In this document: positions 56,042 through 64,000 of the stretch, one piece after another
How the letters are laid out: each line of letters starts with the position of its first letter
How positions within the stretch are numbered: the stretch's first letter is position 1
DNA from: a bacterium
Lineage (GTDB): Bacteria; Zhuqueibacterota; Zhuqueibacteria; Residuimicrobiales; Krinioviventaceae
NCBI GenBank assembly: GCA_963693055.1
Contig: OY843751.1
Span: 5,184,001 to 5,248,000 of the forward strand
DNA: 64,000 bases
Direction: 5' to 3'
Notes under the pieces: model-generated
Told to the model about the DNA's origin: nothing
Databases searched by the model: none
The model's input: the letters and a program-made list of their open reading frames with translations, nothing else
Position numbers and translations under genes: made by a program

Positions 56042-59000
56042 TTGAAAAACAAACTGCAATCCAGAGATTTCCGGGTATTGTGGAGCTGCCTGGGAATAGC
56101 TATTCTGTCATTCATTGTCATTTTGAATCTTTTTTATAAAGCCTTTCCTGAAGCCTCTATCCGTTTTGAGGTTACTAAAAATCAATCCCAACAGATTGCA
56201 GAACATTTTCTCCAATCTCAAAGTATTGACATTTCCAATTACAAACATGCCGTGGTATTTGATTATGACAACCGGGCAAAAACTTTTCTTGAAAAAGAAC
56301 TGGAAGCTGAACAGGCAAACCAAATCATGGGCAGCCGTGTCAGATTGTGGAGATGGAGCAATCGCTGGTTCAAGCCCCTTGATCGTACAGAATTAAACGT
56401 CAACATCAGCCCACAGGGAGAATTGACCGGATTCGCTCACATCATCCCCGAAGAAGCTGTCGGGGACAGCTTGGTAGTTGCTGATGCCAGGACGCTGGCT
56501 GAGCATTTTCTCAAAACCCTAAACATCTATGCCGACACATTGGAATTTATTGAGCATAGCCAACAGGATATGCCCAATAGAAGTGACCATATCTTCGTAT
56601 GGAAATTACGCGATTTTGACATAAACGGTTCAGAATATCGTTACCTGATCAAAATACAAGGTGATCAAATTGGCTCATACAAGGAATTTCTCCATATTCC
56701 AGACAGTTGGACACGCGGTTACGAAAAACTACGCGCGAAAAACAATACGACCGGATATGTGGCTTCTTTTCTGCTCTTACTAACTCTTGCAGCCATGCTG
56801 GTGATGCTGATCAATCATACACGCAATCTGGATGTTAAATGGAAAACCGCCTTCTTTTTTGGCATAACAGCGGCAGTATTAACGCTATTATCTCAATTAA
56901 ACGACATCCCCTTAAGCACGTTTTACTTTGACACAACAGAATCATGGTCCAGCTTTTTTATGCGGCACATTCTGATGGATGTTATCATGGCACTCATGGC
57001 TGGTGCGGCTATATTTTTTCTAACCGCAGCAGCAGAGCCGCTCTACAGGGAGCGGTACCCGCAACAAACCTCCCTCACTCGCCTTTTCACATGGCAGAGC
57101 ATACGGTCAAAATCATTTTTCATCGCTACTATTGTTGGCATAACCATGACATTTGCTTTTGTCGCGTATCAGGTAATCTTTTATCTGGCAGCAGATAAAT
57201 TTGGCGGTTGGGCCCCACAAGATATCCCGTACAGCAATATGCTCAATACTGCATTTCCCTGGGTCTATGTATTGCTTTCCGGATTTATACCCGCGGTTTC
57301 GGAAGAATTCATTTCACGCATGTTTTCCATCCCTTTTTTCAATAAATTTGTAAAAAAGCAATGGATTGCCGTCATCATTCCTGCGTTTATCTGGGGATTT
57401 GCCCATGCCAATTATGCCCAGGAACCCTTTTACATCCGCGGACTCGAAGTGGGCATTGCCGGTGTGATCATTGGATTTGTCATGCTTCGTTTTGGTATTC
57501 TGGCAACTTTGGTGTGGCACTATTCGATCGATGCCTTATACACTGCACTGGTTTTACTGAGGTCTAACAATCCTTATCTGATATTCACAGCATCCCTAAG
57601 CTGTGGAATCCTGTTGATTCCCCTGTTTATATCATTAATTGCTTTTCTTAAAACAAGAACATTTCTGTCCGAATCAGATATTTCCAATAAAAATGAAGGC
57701 ACAAGCCACATTGAGCACACGGAAGAAAAAGAAATACCCGCAATTCGCTATTCTCCCCTCCCCCGTAAACGACTGTTTACGGGCATCGTGATTGCTTTAG
57801 CATTATGCTGTACCGGATTTATCAAGACAGAAAAAATTGATGTTAAATATCCTACCCGTCCCCAGCAGGCCAGGGCTGCTGCAGATGCATTTTTACAGCA
57901 ACACAATGTTTCTGTGGATTCTTTTAAAACCATCACCTATGCAACAGACCGGTTCAACTCGCTTGCAGCTAAATATGTACTGGAACATAGTGATTTTTCA
58001 CAATTAAATACGCTTTTTATGGATAGAATCAAAGCTCCACGATGGGCGATACGCTATTATATTCCATTGCAAAAAGCAGAGTACCGCGTGCATCTGGATC
58101 CTAAATCTTTAAAAGTACTGGCGTTCTCAAAACTTGTTGATGATGAAGCACCGGGTGCTGCGCTTCCTCCCGACAGCGCACTGTTTATCGCACAGAATTT
58201 TGCAATGCAACAGGGTTGTGATCTAGACAGGTATAAACTGGTACAAGATGCCTCGGAAAAGATGAAAAACCGCACCGATTATCGTTTTGAATGGGAGTCT
58301 CTTGACTCTGACAGCCTGACCATCCAGGACATGCATCTCCGCATTGCCGTTGACCTTCAGGGAGATATCGTATCGCGATTTACAATCTATCCCAAAATCC
58401 CCGAAGCCTGGCAGCGTCAGCGTGAAAAACAAACAGCTTTGAACACCCTGCACCTGGGTTTACGACTGACGCTTTTACTGGGCCTGGTTGTTTTAGGCAT
58501 ATTACGATTCATTCGTATTGCCAGCGTTGGCAGCCTGTCATGGAAACGGTCACTCGTATTTGCTGGAATTATTGCCATTTTATTTTTTACAGACGCATTA
58601 ACACAGTTTAATATGGCGTTTAAATATTACAATACCTCTATTTCTATACCCATGTTCCAAATTTCTACACTGCTAACCATTCTTCTTAGCACGTTGTTTA
58701 TTTTTGCCGGACTGGCAATGCTGTTTAGCATGAGCTCTGCAATATTTCCAGGTAGCCTTTATATTACCCGCCAAAGGGACCGAAATACAATGTTTTGGGA
58801 CGCAATCATAACATCTGTTATAGCTGTGACAGGTTTATGGGGCATAACGCAAATACAATCCCTATTATCTGCTCATTTCTCAAAATTTGTATTCATCAAC
58901 AGTCTGCCGGTACCATCATTTATTGATGCACCCTTGCCATTCTTTTCAAATCTTGTATATATTCTATATATGACATTGTTCATTACCGTTCTCACAGGAC

Positions 59001-59362
59001 TTTTGGTCTTTATTCTGCACGATGTATTTAAAAAGGCTCTTTGGATTGGACTCTTTTCAATTCCTTTGATACTTGCACTGATAACATTGCAGGTACGCAC
59101 TTTACCGGAATTGCTATTTCAGAGTGTACTTTTATCAATTATACTCTTGTGGCTGGTATATATTATTACCATGCTTGCCCGTAATAATTATTTAACATAT
59201 TTCTTTGCCCCTTTGTTGGTACTTGGAGCAAAAGAAACCAAAATACTGTTAAACCAGGGCAACCTTGTTCTAACCATACAAGGCATTATTATTGCTATTC
59301 TTATAGTGGCAATTTTTGCTTTATTCCGAATATTACCCGGCACACAAAACAAATCTGTTTGA
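56042..59362 (+). CDS. Large CPBP (CAAX/Abi) intramembrane metalloprotease with internal duplication
   Basis: AVSEEFISR, WGFAH and VWHYSID motifs; the periplasmic domain is repeated in the second half. Confidence 0.8.
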   Translation: MKNKLQSRDFRVLWSCLGIAILSFIVILNLFYKAFPEASIRFEVTKNQSQQIAEHFLQSQSIDISNYKHAVVFDYDNRAKTFLEKELEAEQANQIMGSRVRLWRWSNRWFKPLDRTELNVNISPQGELTGFAHIIPEEAVGDSLVVADARTLAEHFLKTLNIYADTLEFIEHSQQDMPNRSDHIFVWKLRDFDINGSEYRYLIKIQGDQIGSYKEFLHIPDSWTRGYEKLRAKNNTTGYVASFLLLLTLAAMLVMLINHTRNLDVKWKTAFFFGITAAVLTLLSQLNDIPLSTFYFDTTESWSSFFMRHILMDVIMALMAGAAIFFLTAAAEPLYRERYPQQTSLTRLFTWQSIRSKSFFIATIVGITMTFAFVAYQVIFYLAADKFGGWAPQDIPYSNMLNTAFPWVYVLLSGFIPAVSEEFISRMFSIPFFNKFVKKQWIAVIIPAFIWGFAHANYAQEPFYIRGLEVGIAGVIIGFVMLRFGILATLVWHYSIDALYTALVLLRSNNPYLIFTASLSCGILLIPLFISLIAFLKTRTFLSESDISNKNEGTSHIEHTEEKEIPAIRYSPLPRKRLFTGIVIALALCCTGFIKTEKIDVKYPTRPQQARAAADAFLQQHNVSVDSFKTITYATDRFNSLAAKYVLEHSDFSQLNTLFMDRIKAPRWAIRYYIPLQKAEYRVHLDPKSLKVLAFSKLVDDEAPGAALPPDSALFIAQNFAMQQGCDLDRYKLVQDASEKMKNRTDYRFEWESLDSDSLTIQDMHLRIAVDLQGDIVSRFTIYPKIPEAWQRQREKQTALNTLHLGLRLTLLLGLVVLGILRFIRIASVGSLSWKRSLVFAGIIAILFFTDALTQFNMAFKYYNTSISIPMFQISTLLTILLSTLFIFAGLAMLFSMSSAIFPGSLYITRQRDRNTMFWDAIITSVIAVTGLWGITQIQSLLSAHFSKFVFINSLPVPSFIDAPLPFFSNLVYILYMTLFITVLTGLLVFILHDVFKKALWIGLFSIPLILALITLQVRTLPELLFQSVLLSIILLWLVYIITMLARNNYLTYFFAPLLVLGAKETKILLNQGNLVLTIQGIIIAILIVAIFALFRILPGTQNKSV

Positions 59363-59419
59363 GGTGTCGTAAAAATTGATTAAACTGTGAACTGATTGAT
59401 TTACGCATTTGAGAAGAAC

Positions 59420-60628
59420 ATGATAGACCCAAAATCCTTTTATAGAGAAATGGACGCCCTGCTGGCTGCAATTCGCATTGACCAGACAGATGGCAATTTT
59501 TTAGAATTTATATTACTCGAACTTGAAAAACGTTTTGGTAAACGACTGGGTATTTGTAATGGCAGACTCTATGAGCAGCGTGGTGATGATTTTATTCTAA
59601 TCAAAACCATTGATCCCCAACAGGAGCATAAATTTGCATCACGCCTCCCCATTGCCGCCGAAGCCATGCGATTGGTTGCTTCAAGCCGAAGCTATATCTA
59701 TGACGATGCCCAATTTTATTCTTTTTTTCTGGCAATTGGTTCAACAGAAAAAGAAATTCCCGCCGCAGTATGGGTACACAGTCCTGAACAACATTGGATT
59801 ATTGTATTCAAACTCTGTGAAAACTGGATGCGCGAAGAGATCAGTTTATTTCTCAATGCGGTACGAATGGCCTGCAATTACCGGCTGTTTTCAGATTCAA
59901 TGTCAAACACTATTGAACAGGCCGTTAAAATTCAAAAGAGCCTGCTGCCTAAAAAACCACCGGAATACAAAGGATACGACATAGCGGGCCGCTCGAATCC
60001 TGCAGAATATGTAGGTGGAGACTTTTATGATTACTTTGAACTGGATGAAGGTATTTTTGGCGTAAGCTTTGGCGATGCCAGCGGTCATGGTTTACCCGCT
60101 GCTCTGCTTGTACGAGACGTTGTTATTGGCTTGAGAATGGGACTCGCTAAAGAACTTCGATTGGTTCATACCATTAGAAAACTGAATGAAGTGATACAGC
60201 GCAGTACGTATTCAACCAATTTCGTATCCCTGTTTGTAGGAGAAATTGAAACGGATGGTCATTTGTTTTATGCAAATGCAGGCCACCCGGCACCTTTTAT
60301 TGTTAAAGACAAAAAGATCAAGGAGTTGCCGGCAACCGGCATTACTTTGGGTTTTGTTAAAGACATCGAGCTCCATCGTTCATACGCGCAGCTTCCCGAA
60401 GACTCTGTACTTGTCATCTTTAGCGATGGTATTGTCGAGCGTGAAAATGACAAACATGAACAATTCGAACTCGGACGGTTAAAAAAACTTGTGCAGAAAA
60501 ACAAAAACCTGCCGGCCAGAGAACTTGTTGATCTTGTATTCGATACGGTTTATGAGTTTGGCAACCGGGTCGCATGGGAAGATGATGCAACTCTGGTTAT
60601 CATCAAACGTCTGCGTAACACCTATTGA
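59420..60628 (+). CDS. PP2C/SpoIIE-type serine phosphatase (RsbU-like)
   Basis: VGGDFYD, GDASGHG, NAGHP, FSDGIVE, DDATLV. Confidence 0.9.
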   Translation: MIDPKSFYREMDALLAAIRIDQTDGNFLEFILLELEKRFGKRLGICNGRLYEQRGDDFILIKTIDPQQEHKFASRLPIAAEAMRLVASSRSYIYDDAQFYSFFLAIGSTEKEIPAAVWVHSPEQHWIIVFKLCENWMREEISLFLNAVRMACNYRLFSDSMSNTIEQAVKIQKSLLPKKPPEYKGYDIAGRSNPAEYVGGDFYDYFELDEGIFGVSFGDASGHGLPAALLVRDVVIGLRMGLAKELRLVHTIRKLNEVIQRSTYSTNFVSLFVGEIETDGHLFYANAGHPAPFIVKDKKIKELPATGITLGFVKDIELHRSYAQLPEDSVLVIFSDGIVERENDKHEQFELGRLKKLVQKNKNLPARELVDLVFDTVYEFGNRVAWEDDATLVIIKRLRNTY

Positions 60629-60630
60629 TA

Positions 60631-62100
60631 TTATTCCGCTTTTAAATGAATCAGCGTAATTTCAGGGGGACAAAATATCCGCGCCGGCACCAGTACGGTA
60701 CCAATTCCACGGGTAACATACAAAGTTGTATGCTCAAACTTGTGCAATCCCTTCATATAGCGCTTGTCCATGGTTGTATTGTTATATACAGGTCCAACAA
60801 AGGGCATCCGTATCTGGCCACCATGTGTATGACCGCTTAACATCAAATCCACATTGTATTTATCTGCCTCATAAACATATGATGGCGTGTGCGCCAAAAG
60901 CAATGACAAATATCGGTCAGGCAGGTCTTTGAAATAAAAAGGAATAACCTCTTCCGGATAACCAAAATCCAACCAGCCCGGCGGATCACTTTCCAGAGGA
61001 TACACTTCAAAATCCTCATATAACAAAGTATCTCCTGCCAGCGTTGTTACACACAGATCATCATATTGCCTATCTCCCATACCCGCGGTCCACAAGCCAA
61101 TACTACCCGCTTTTAAACGGCTATTTGATGAATCCCGCGCTACTGCCATCCACTGCTTGGGCTCGATTGAGCTTTCATACCACACTTTGGCCCGTGTCTC
61201 AGTAAATACATCAAATGTACGACATTGAATTTTAAAATTTACCCATCGGTTAAAACGCGGGCTGAATCCCGTATCCAAAGAGTCTCCTTTTACGCGTGTA
61301 CCATGCGGAGAAAACTGAAACGTGTTGCCTTCACCAGTCTGACGGAGCCGATAAAATTTATCATATCCTTTGTGCATTTGGGAATAAAAAGTAATCCCCA
61401 CGCCACTCTTTTTGTTTCGGGTCTGCCTGAATCTTCCGGTATAGATATAATCGTGCCATTTGCTCTCATCCTTCAAATCCGCAAAATGAGAATAGGCATT
61501 TTTACGGGACCAGTGAGATTCAAAGATCTTGTTCCCCTCCAATTCTTTAATCACAAGATCAGCAACATCACGGATATTGTACCCGGTATAATCCAAACCA
61601 GCTACAAACACAGTATCAGCGCCCAGTGGCATAAATCCGCCTGTACTTGTAAATACGTGCACACCTTTGCTTGACAGCGCTTCGGGTAACAGGTCACTGA
61701 TCTCAATATCATCACTAAAATCATCATTACCCCGGCTTACCCAAATACCATATTTACTCTTGAGTCCGGTTACAAATTTTAAAATATATTCTATATTTTT
61801 TCGTATATCCGCCCGTCGTCCCATCTCTAGCATATCTGAGCCAGGGAAAAAATCCCCGGTAATCACAATAACATCAGGATTCAATGCATTCACTTTTTTT
61901 AAAACTTTATTTTCATAATCCGTATAATGTAAAATATGAAGATCCGATATATGGACCATTTTAATATCATCACTAATTTTTGAACTCTTGAATGTTATCT
62001 TTTCAACCTTTACATTATGACGTTCAAACTCTACAGCATAAAGCACAAAAAGCATAACTGTAATAATTAAAACTATGAATACTTTGAATATTTTTTTCAT
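60631..62100 (-). CDS. Metallophosphoesterase (YkuE-like) with inserted lectin-like domain
   Basis: HISDLH, ITGD, RGNDD, LLAHTP, LSGHTHGGQI, YVTRGIG, PPEITLI. Confidence 0.8.
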   Translation of the reverse strand: MKKIFKVFIVLIITVMLFVLYAVEFERHNVKVEKITFKSSKISDDIKMVHISDLHILHYTDYENKVLKKVNALNPDVIVITGDFFPGSDMLEMGRRADIRKNIEYILKFVTGLKSKYGIWVSRGNDDFSDDIEISDLLPEALSSKGVHVFTSTGGFMPLGADTVFVAGLDYTGYNIRDVADLVIKELEGNKIFESHWSRKNAYSHFADLKDESKWHDYIYTGRFRQTRNKKSGVGITFYSQMHKGYDKFYRLRQTGEGNTFQFSPHGTRVKGDSLDTGFSPRFNRWVNFKIQCRTFDVFTETRAKVWYESSIEPKQWMAVARDSSNSRLKAGSIGLWTAGMGDRQYDDLCVTTLAGDTLLYEDFEVYPLESDPPGWLDFGYPEEVIPFYFKDLPDRYLSLLLAHTPSYVYEADKYNVDLMLSGHTHGGQIRMPFVGPVYNNTTMDKRYMKGLHKFEHTTLYVTRGIGTVLVPARIFCPPEITLIHLKAE

Positions 62101-62218
62101 CTAAACTCCTGTAGACAGTTTCTAAAACACCCGACGAGTTGAAAAACAATAACCGGAATTTTGACAATTTACATGGTGTTAATTGAACAAAACCTTAAAC
62201 CAATGCAAAGGTCGTAAT

Positions 62219-63754
62219 ATGCAAGCACAAAGCTCTGAAAATCCGCTGCGCAAAGGCATGAGATTAAAAAGAATGCCCGGCCCCAACACCCTGATCATTC
62301 TGGGGGCCACCGGCGATCTGACCCGCAGAAAACTTGTTCCTTCTTTGTTTAATTTATTTGAACAAGGACTTTTACCCTCAAATTTCAAAATAATTGCATT
62401 TGCCCGTCGTCCCAAAAGCACCCAGGAATTTGTTAAGGATATGGAAGACGGATTGATAAAATACGCCAAGGTCAATATAGGAAAAAACAAAAATGTTTCC
62501 AAATTTCTTTCCTTGATCCAGTATCATATGGGAGATTTTACACAAATAGAGCCGTATTCTGCATTAAAAACCGTTCTTCAGGACCATGAAAAAGAAAACA
62601 ATCTGGTCCCAAACCGCCTGTTTTACCTGGCTACACCTCCGTCGCAATATGAAGCCATTATTGAACAAATTGGTAAAACAGATCTGGCGCAAAATGATAA
62701 AGGTTGGACCCGCATTATCATCGAAAAACCCTTTGGCCAGGACCTCAACAGCGCTCTGGAGCTGGACAAGGTCATCAGCAAGGTATTTACAGAAGATCAG
62801 ATTTATCGAATTGACCATTACCTGGGAAAAGAAACCGTACAGAACATTTTAGTGTTTCGTTTTGCCAATGGTATCTTTGAACCCATCTGGAACCGTCGCT
62901 ACATTGACCATGTACAGATCACGGTAGCAGAAAGTATTGGTGTTGAAGGTCGTGGACGTTTCTTTGAAGAAACCGGCATTATGCGTGACATTGTACAAAA
63001 CCACATGCTGCAGCTGTTCAGCCTGTTTGCGATGGAGCCCCCCTCAGCTTTTGACGCAAATGCAGTACGCGATGAAAAAGTCAAAGTACTCAAAGCTGTC
63101 AAAGAACTCTCAACAACCTCAATAAAACAAAATGTGGTTAGAGGACAATATGCTTCAGGATCGATGCTGGGTGAAACCGTTGCCGGATATCTTGAAGAAG
63201 AGGGTGTTCCCGATACGTCAAAAACCGAGACCTATGTTGCCATGAAACTCTTTATCGATAACTGGCGCTGGGCAAACGTACCGTTCTATCTTCGTGCAGG
63301 GAAACGCATGCCCAAACGTGTAACCGAGATAGCTATTTACTTTAAAGAAGCTCCTTTACAGCTCTTTGGAGACCGCCCCGAAGGTGAGATTCCTCCCAAT
63401 GTGCTGACGCTTAAAATCCAACCAGATGAAGGCATTACACTCAAATTTGACTCTAAAATACCGGGCCCCGGTGAAACCATTAGACCGGTAACCATGGATT
63501 TCCGCTATGGCATCAGTTTTGGAGATGCTCCTCCCGATGCTTATGAACGATTACTGCTCGATGCCATGATTGGTGACTCGACACTATTCACCCGTTCAGA
63601 CGAAAATAAAAAAGCATGGGAACTGGTAACGCCTATTCTCGAATACTGGCAAAACAGCAACACTCCTGTTCCGCAATATACTGCCGGAACCTGGGGCCCA
63701 CATGAAGCAGATAACCTCTTGAGCCGGGATAAAAGGAACTGGAGACGGTTATGA
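62219..63754 (+). CDS. zwf: Glucose-6-phosphate 1-dehydrogenase
   Basis: GATGDLTRRKL, IEKPFG, YRIDHYLGKETVQN, RDIVQNH, FYLRAGKR. Confidence 0.97.
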   Translation: MQAQSSENPLRKGMRLKRMPGPNTLIILGATGDLTRRKLVPSLFNLFEQGLLPSNFKIIAFARRPKSTQEFVKDMEDGLIKYAKVNIGKNKNVSKFLSLIQYHMGDFTQIEPYSALKTVLQDHEKENNLVPNRLFYLATPPSQYEAIIEQIGKTDLAQNDKGWTRIIIEKPFGQDLNSALELDKVISKVFTEDQIYRIDHYLGKETVQNILVFRFANGIFEPIWNRRYIDHVQITVAESIGVEGRGRFFEETGIMRDIVQNHMLQLFSLFAMEPPSAFDANAVRDEKVKVLKAVKELSTTSIKQNVVRGQYASGSMLGETVAGYLEEEGVPDTSKTETYVAMKLFIDNWRWANVPFYLRAGKRMPKRVTEIAIYFKEAPLQLFGDRPEGEIPPNVLTLKIQPDEGITLKFDSKIPGPGETIRPVTMDFRYGISFGDAPPDAYERLLLDAMIGDSTLFTRSDENKKAWELVTPILEYWQNSNTPVPQYTAGTWGPHEADNLLSRDKRNWRRL

Positions 63755-64000
63755 AAGTAAAGAATATTGGAATTGAAACAGAACTGGATAAAATAGAATC
63801 AAATTTTAAGCAGATTTGGGAACAAACGCTGACAGATGACAGCAACGGGCCAACCGTCAAAGCAAGCAGTCTGAACCTGATCATTACCTGTCATAATCGT
63901 AATAATTTTGAAAATATTATGGAAACCATTCCGGATATTACCGAGCACCACCCCGGCAGAATCATTACTGTATTCATTGATACGGAACGCAAGGATGAAA
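63751..64000 (+). CDS. opcA: G6PDH assembly protein OpcA (5' part, truncated by window end)
   Basis: ATGA overlap with the zwf stop; MKVKNIGIETELDKIESNFKQIWE...VKASSLNLII...TEHHPGRII. Confidence 0.8.
   Translation, partial: MKVKNIGIETELDKIESNFKQIWEQTLTDDSNGPTVKASSLNLIITCHNRNNFENIMETIPDITEHHPGRIITVFIDTERKDE

Overview
Bacterial genomic window, AT-rich, probably FCB-group (KSB1/Calditrichota-like, judged from Tat-exported hydrolases, TonB receptors and a FlgD/T9SS-A-type C-terminal domain; this is inference). It is mostly housekeeping and carbohydrate-use genes (purC, GH2, miaB, mtaB, fucI, ddl, rlmB, zwf-opcA, two MATEs, two TonB receptors). The best candidate for an undescribed system is a 1873-bp element (26917-28789) with 20-bp terminal inverted repeats (18/20) and flanking TTA direct repeats. 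It carries only two DUF1670-like HTH paralogs with no recognisable DDE, serine or HUH transposase, and it sits exactly at the TAA stop codon of a giant ~3380-aa gene, separating that gene from its terminator. Other notable items are five tandem Tat-signal ~600-aa paralogs with mosaic similarity, four interleaved split-PKD repeats plus cohesin/dockerin-like modules in the giant protein, a decayed accessory patch (DJ-1 partial duplicate, glgA-like pseudogene, sigma54-preceded orphan) and several families of short palindromic repeats. No rRNA, tRNA or CRISPR array was seen.
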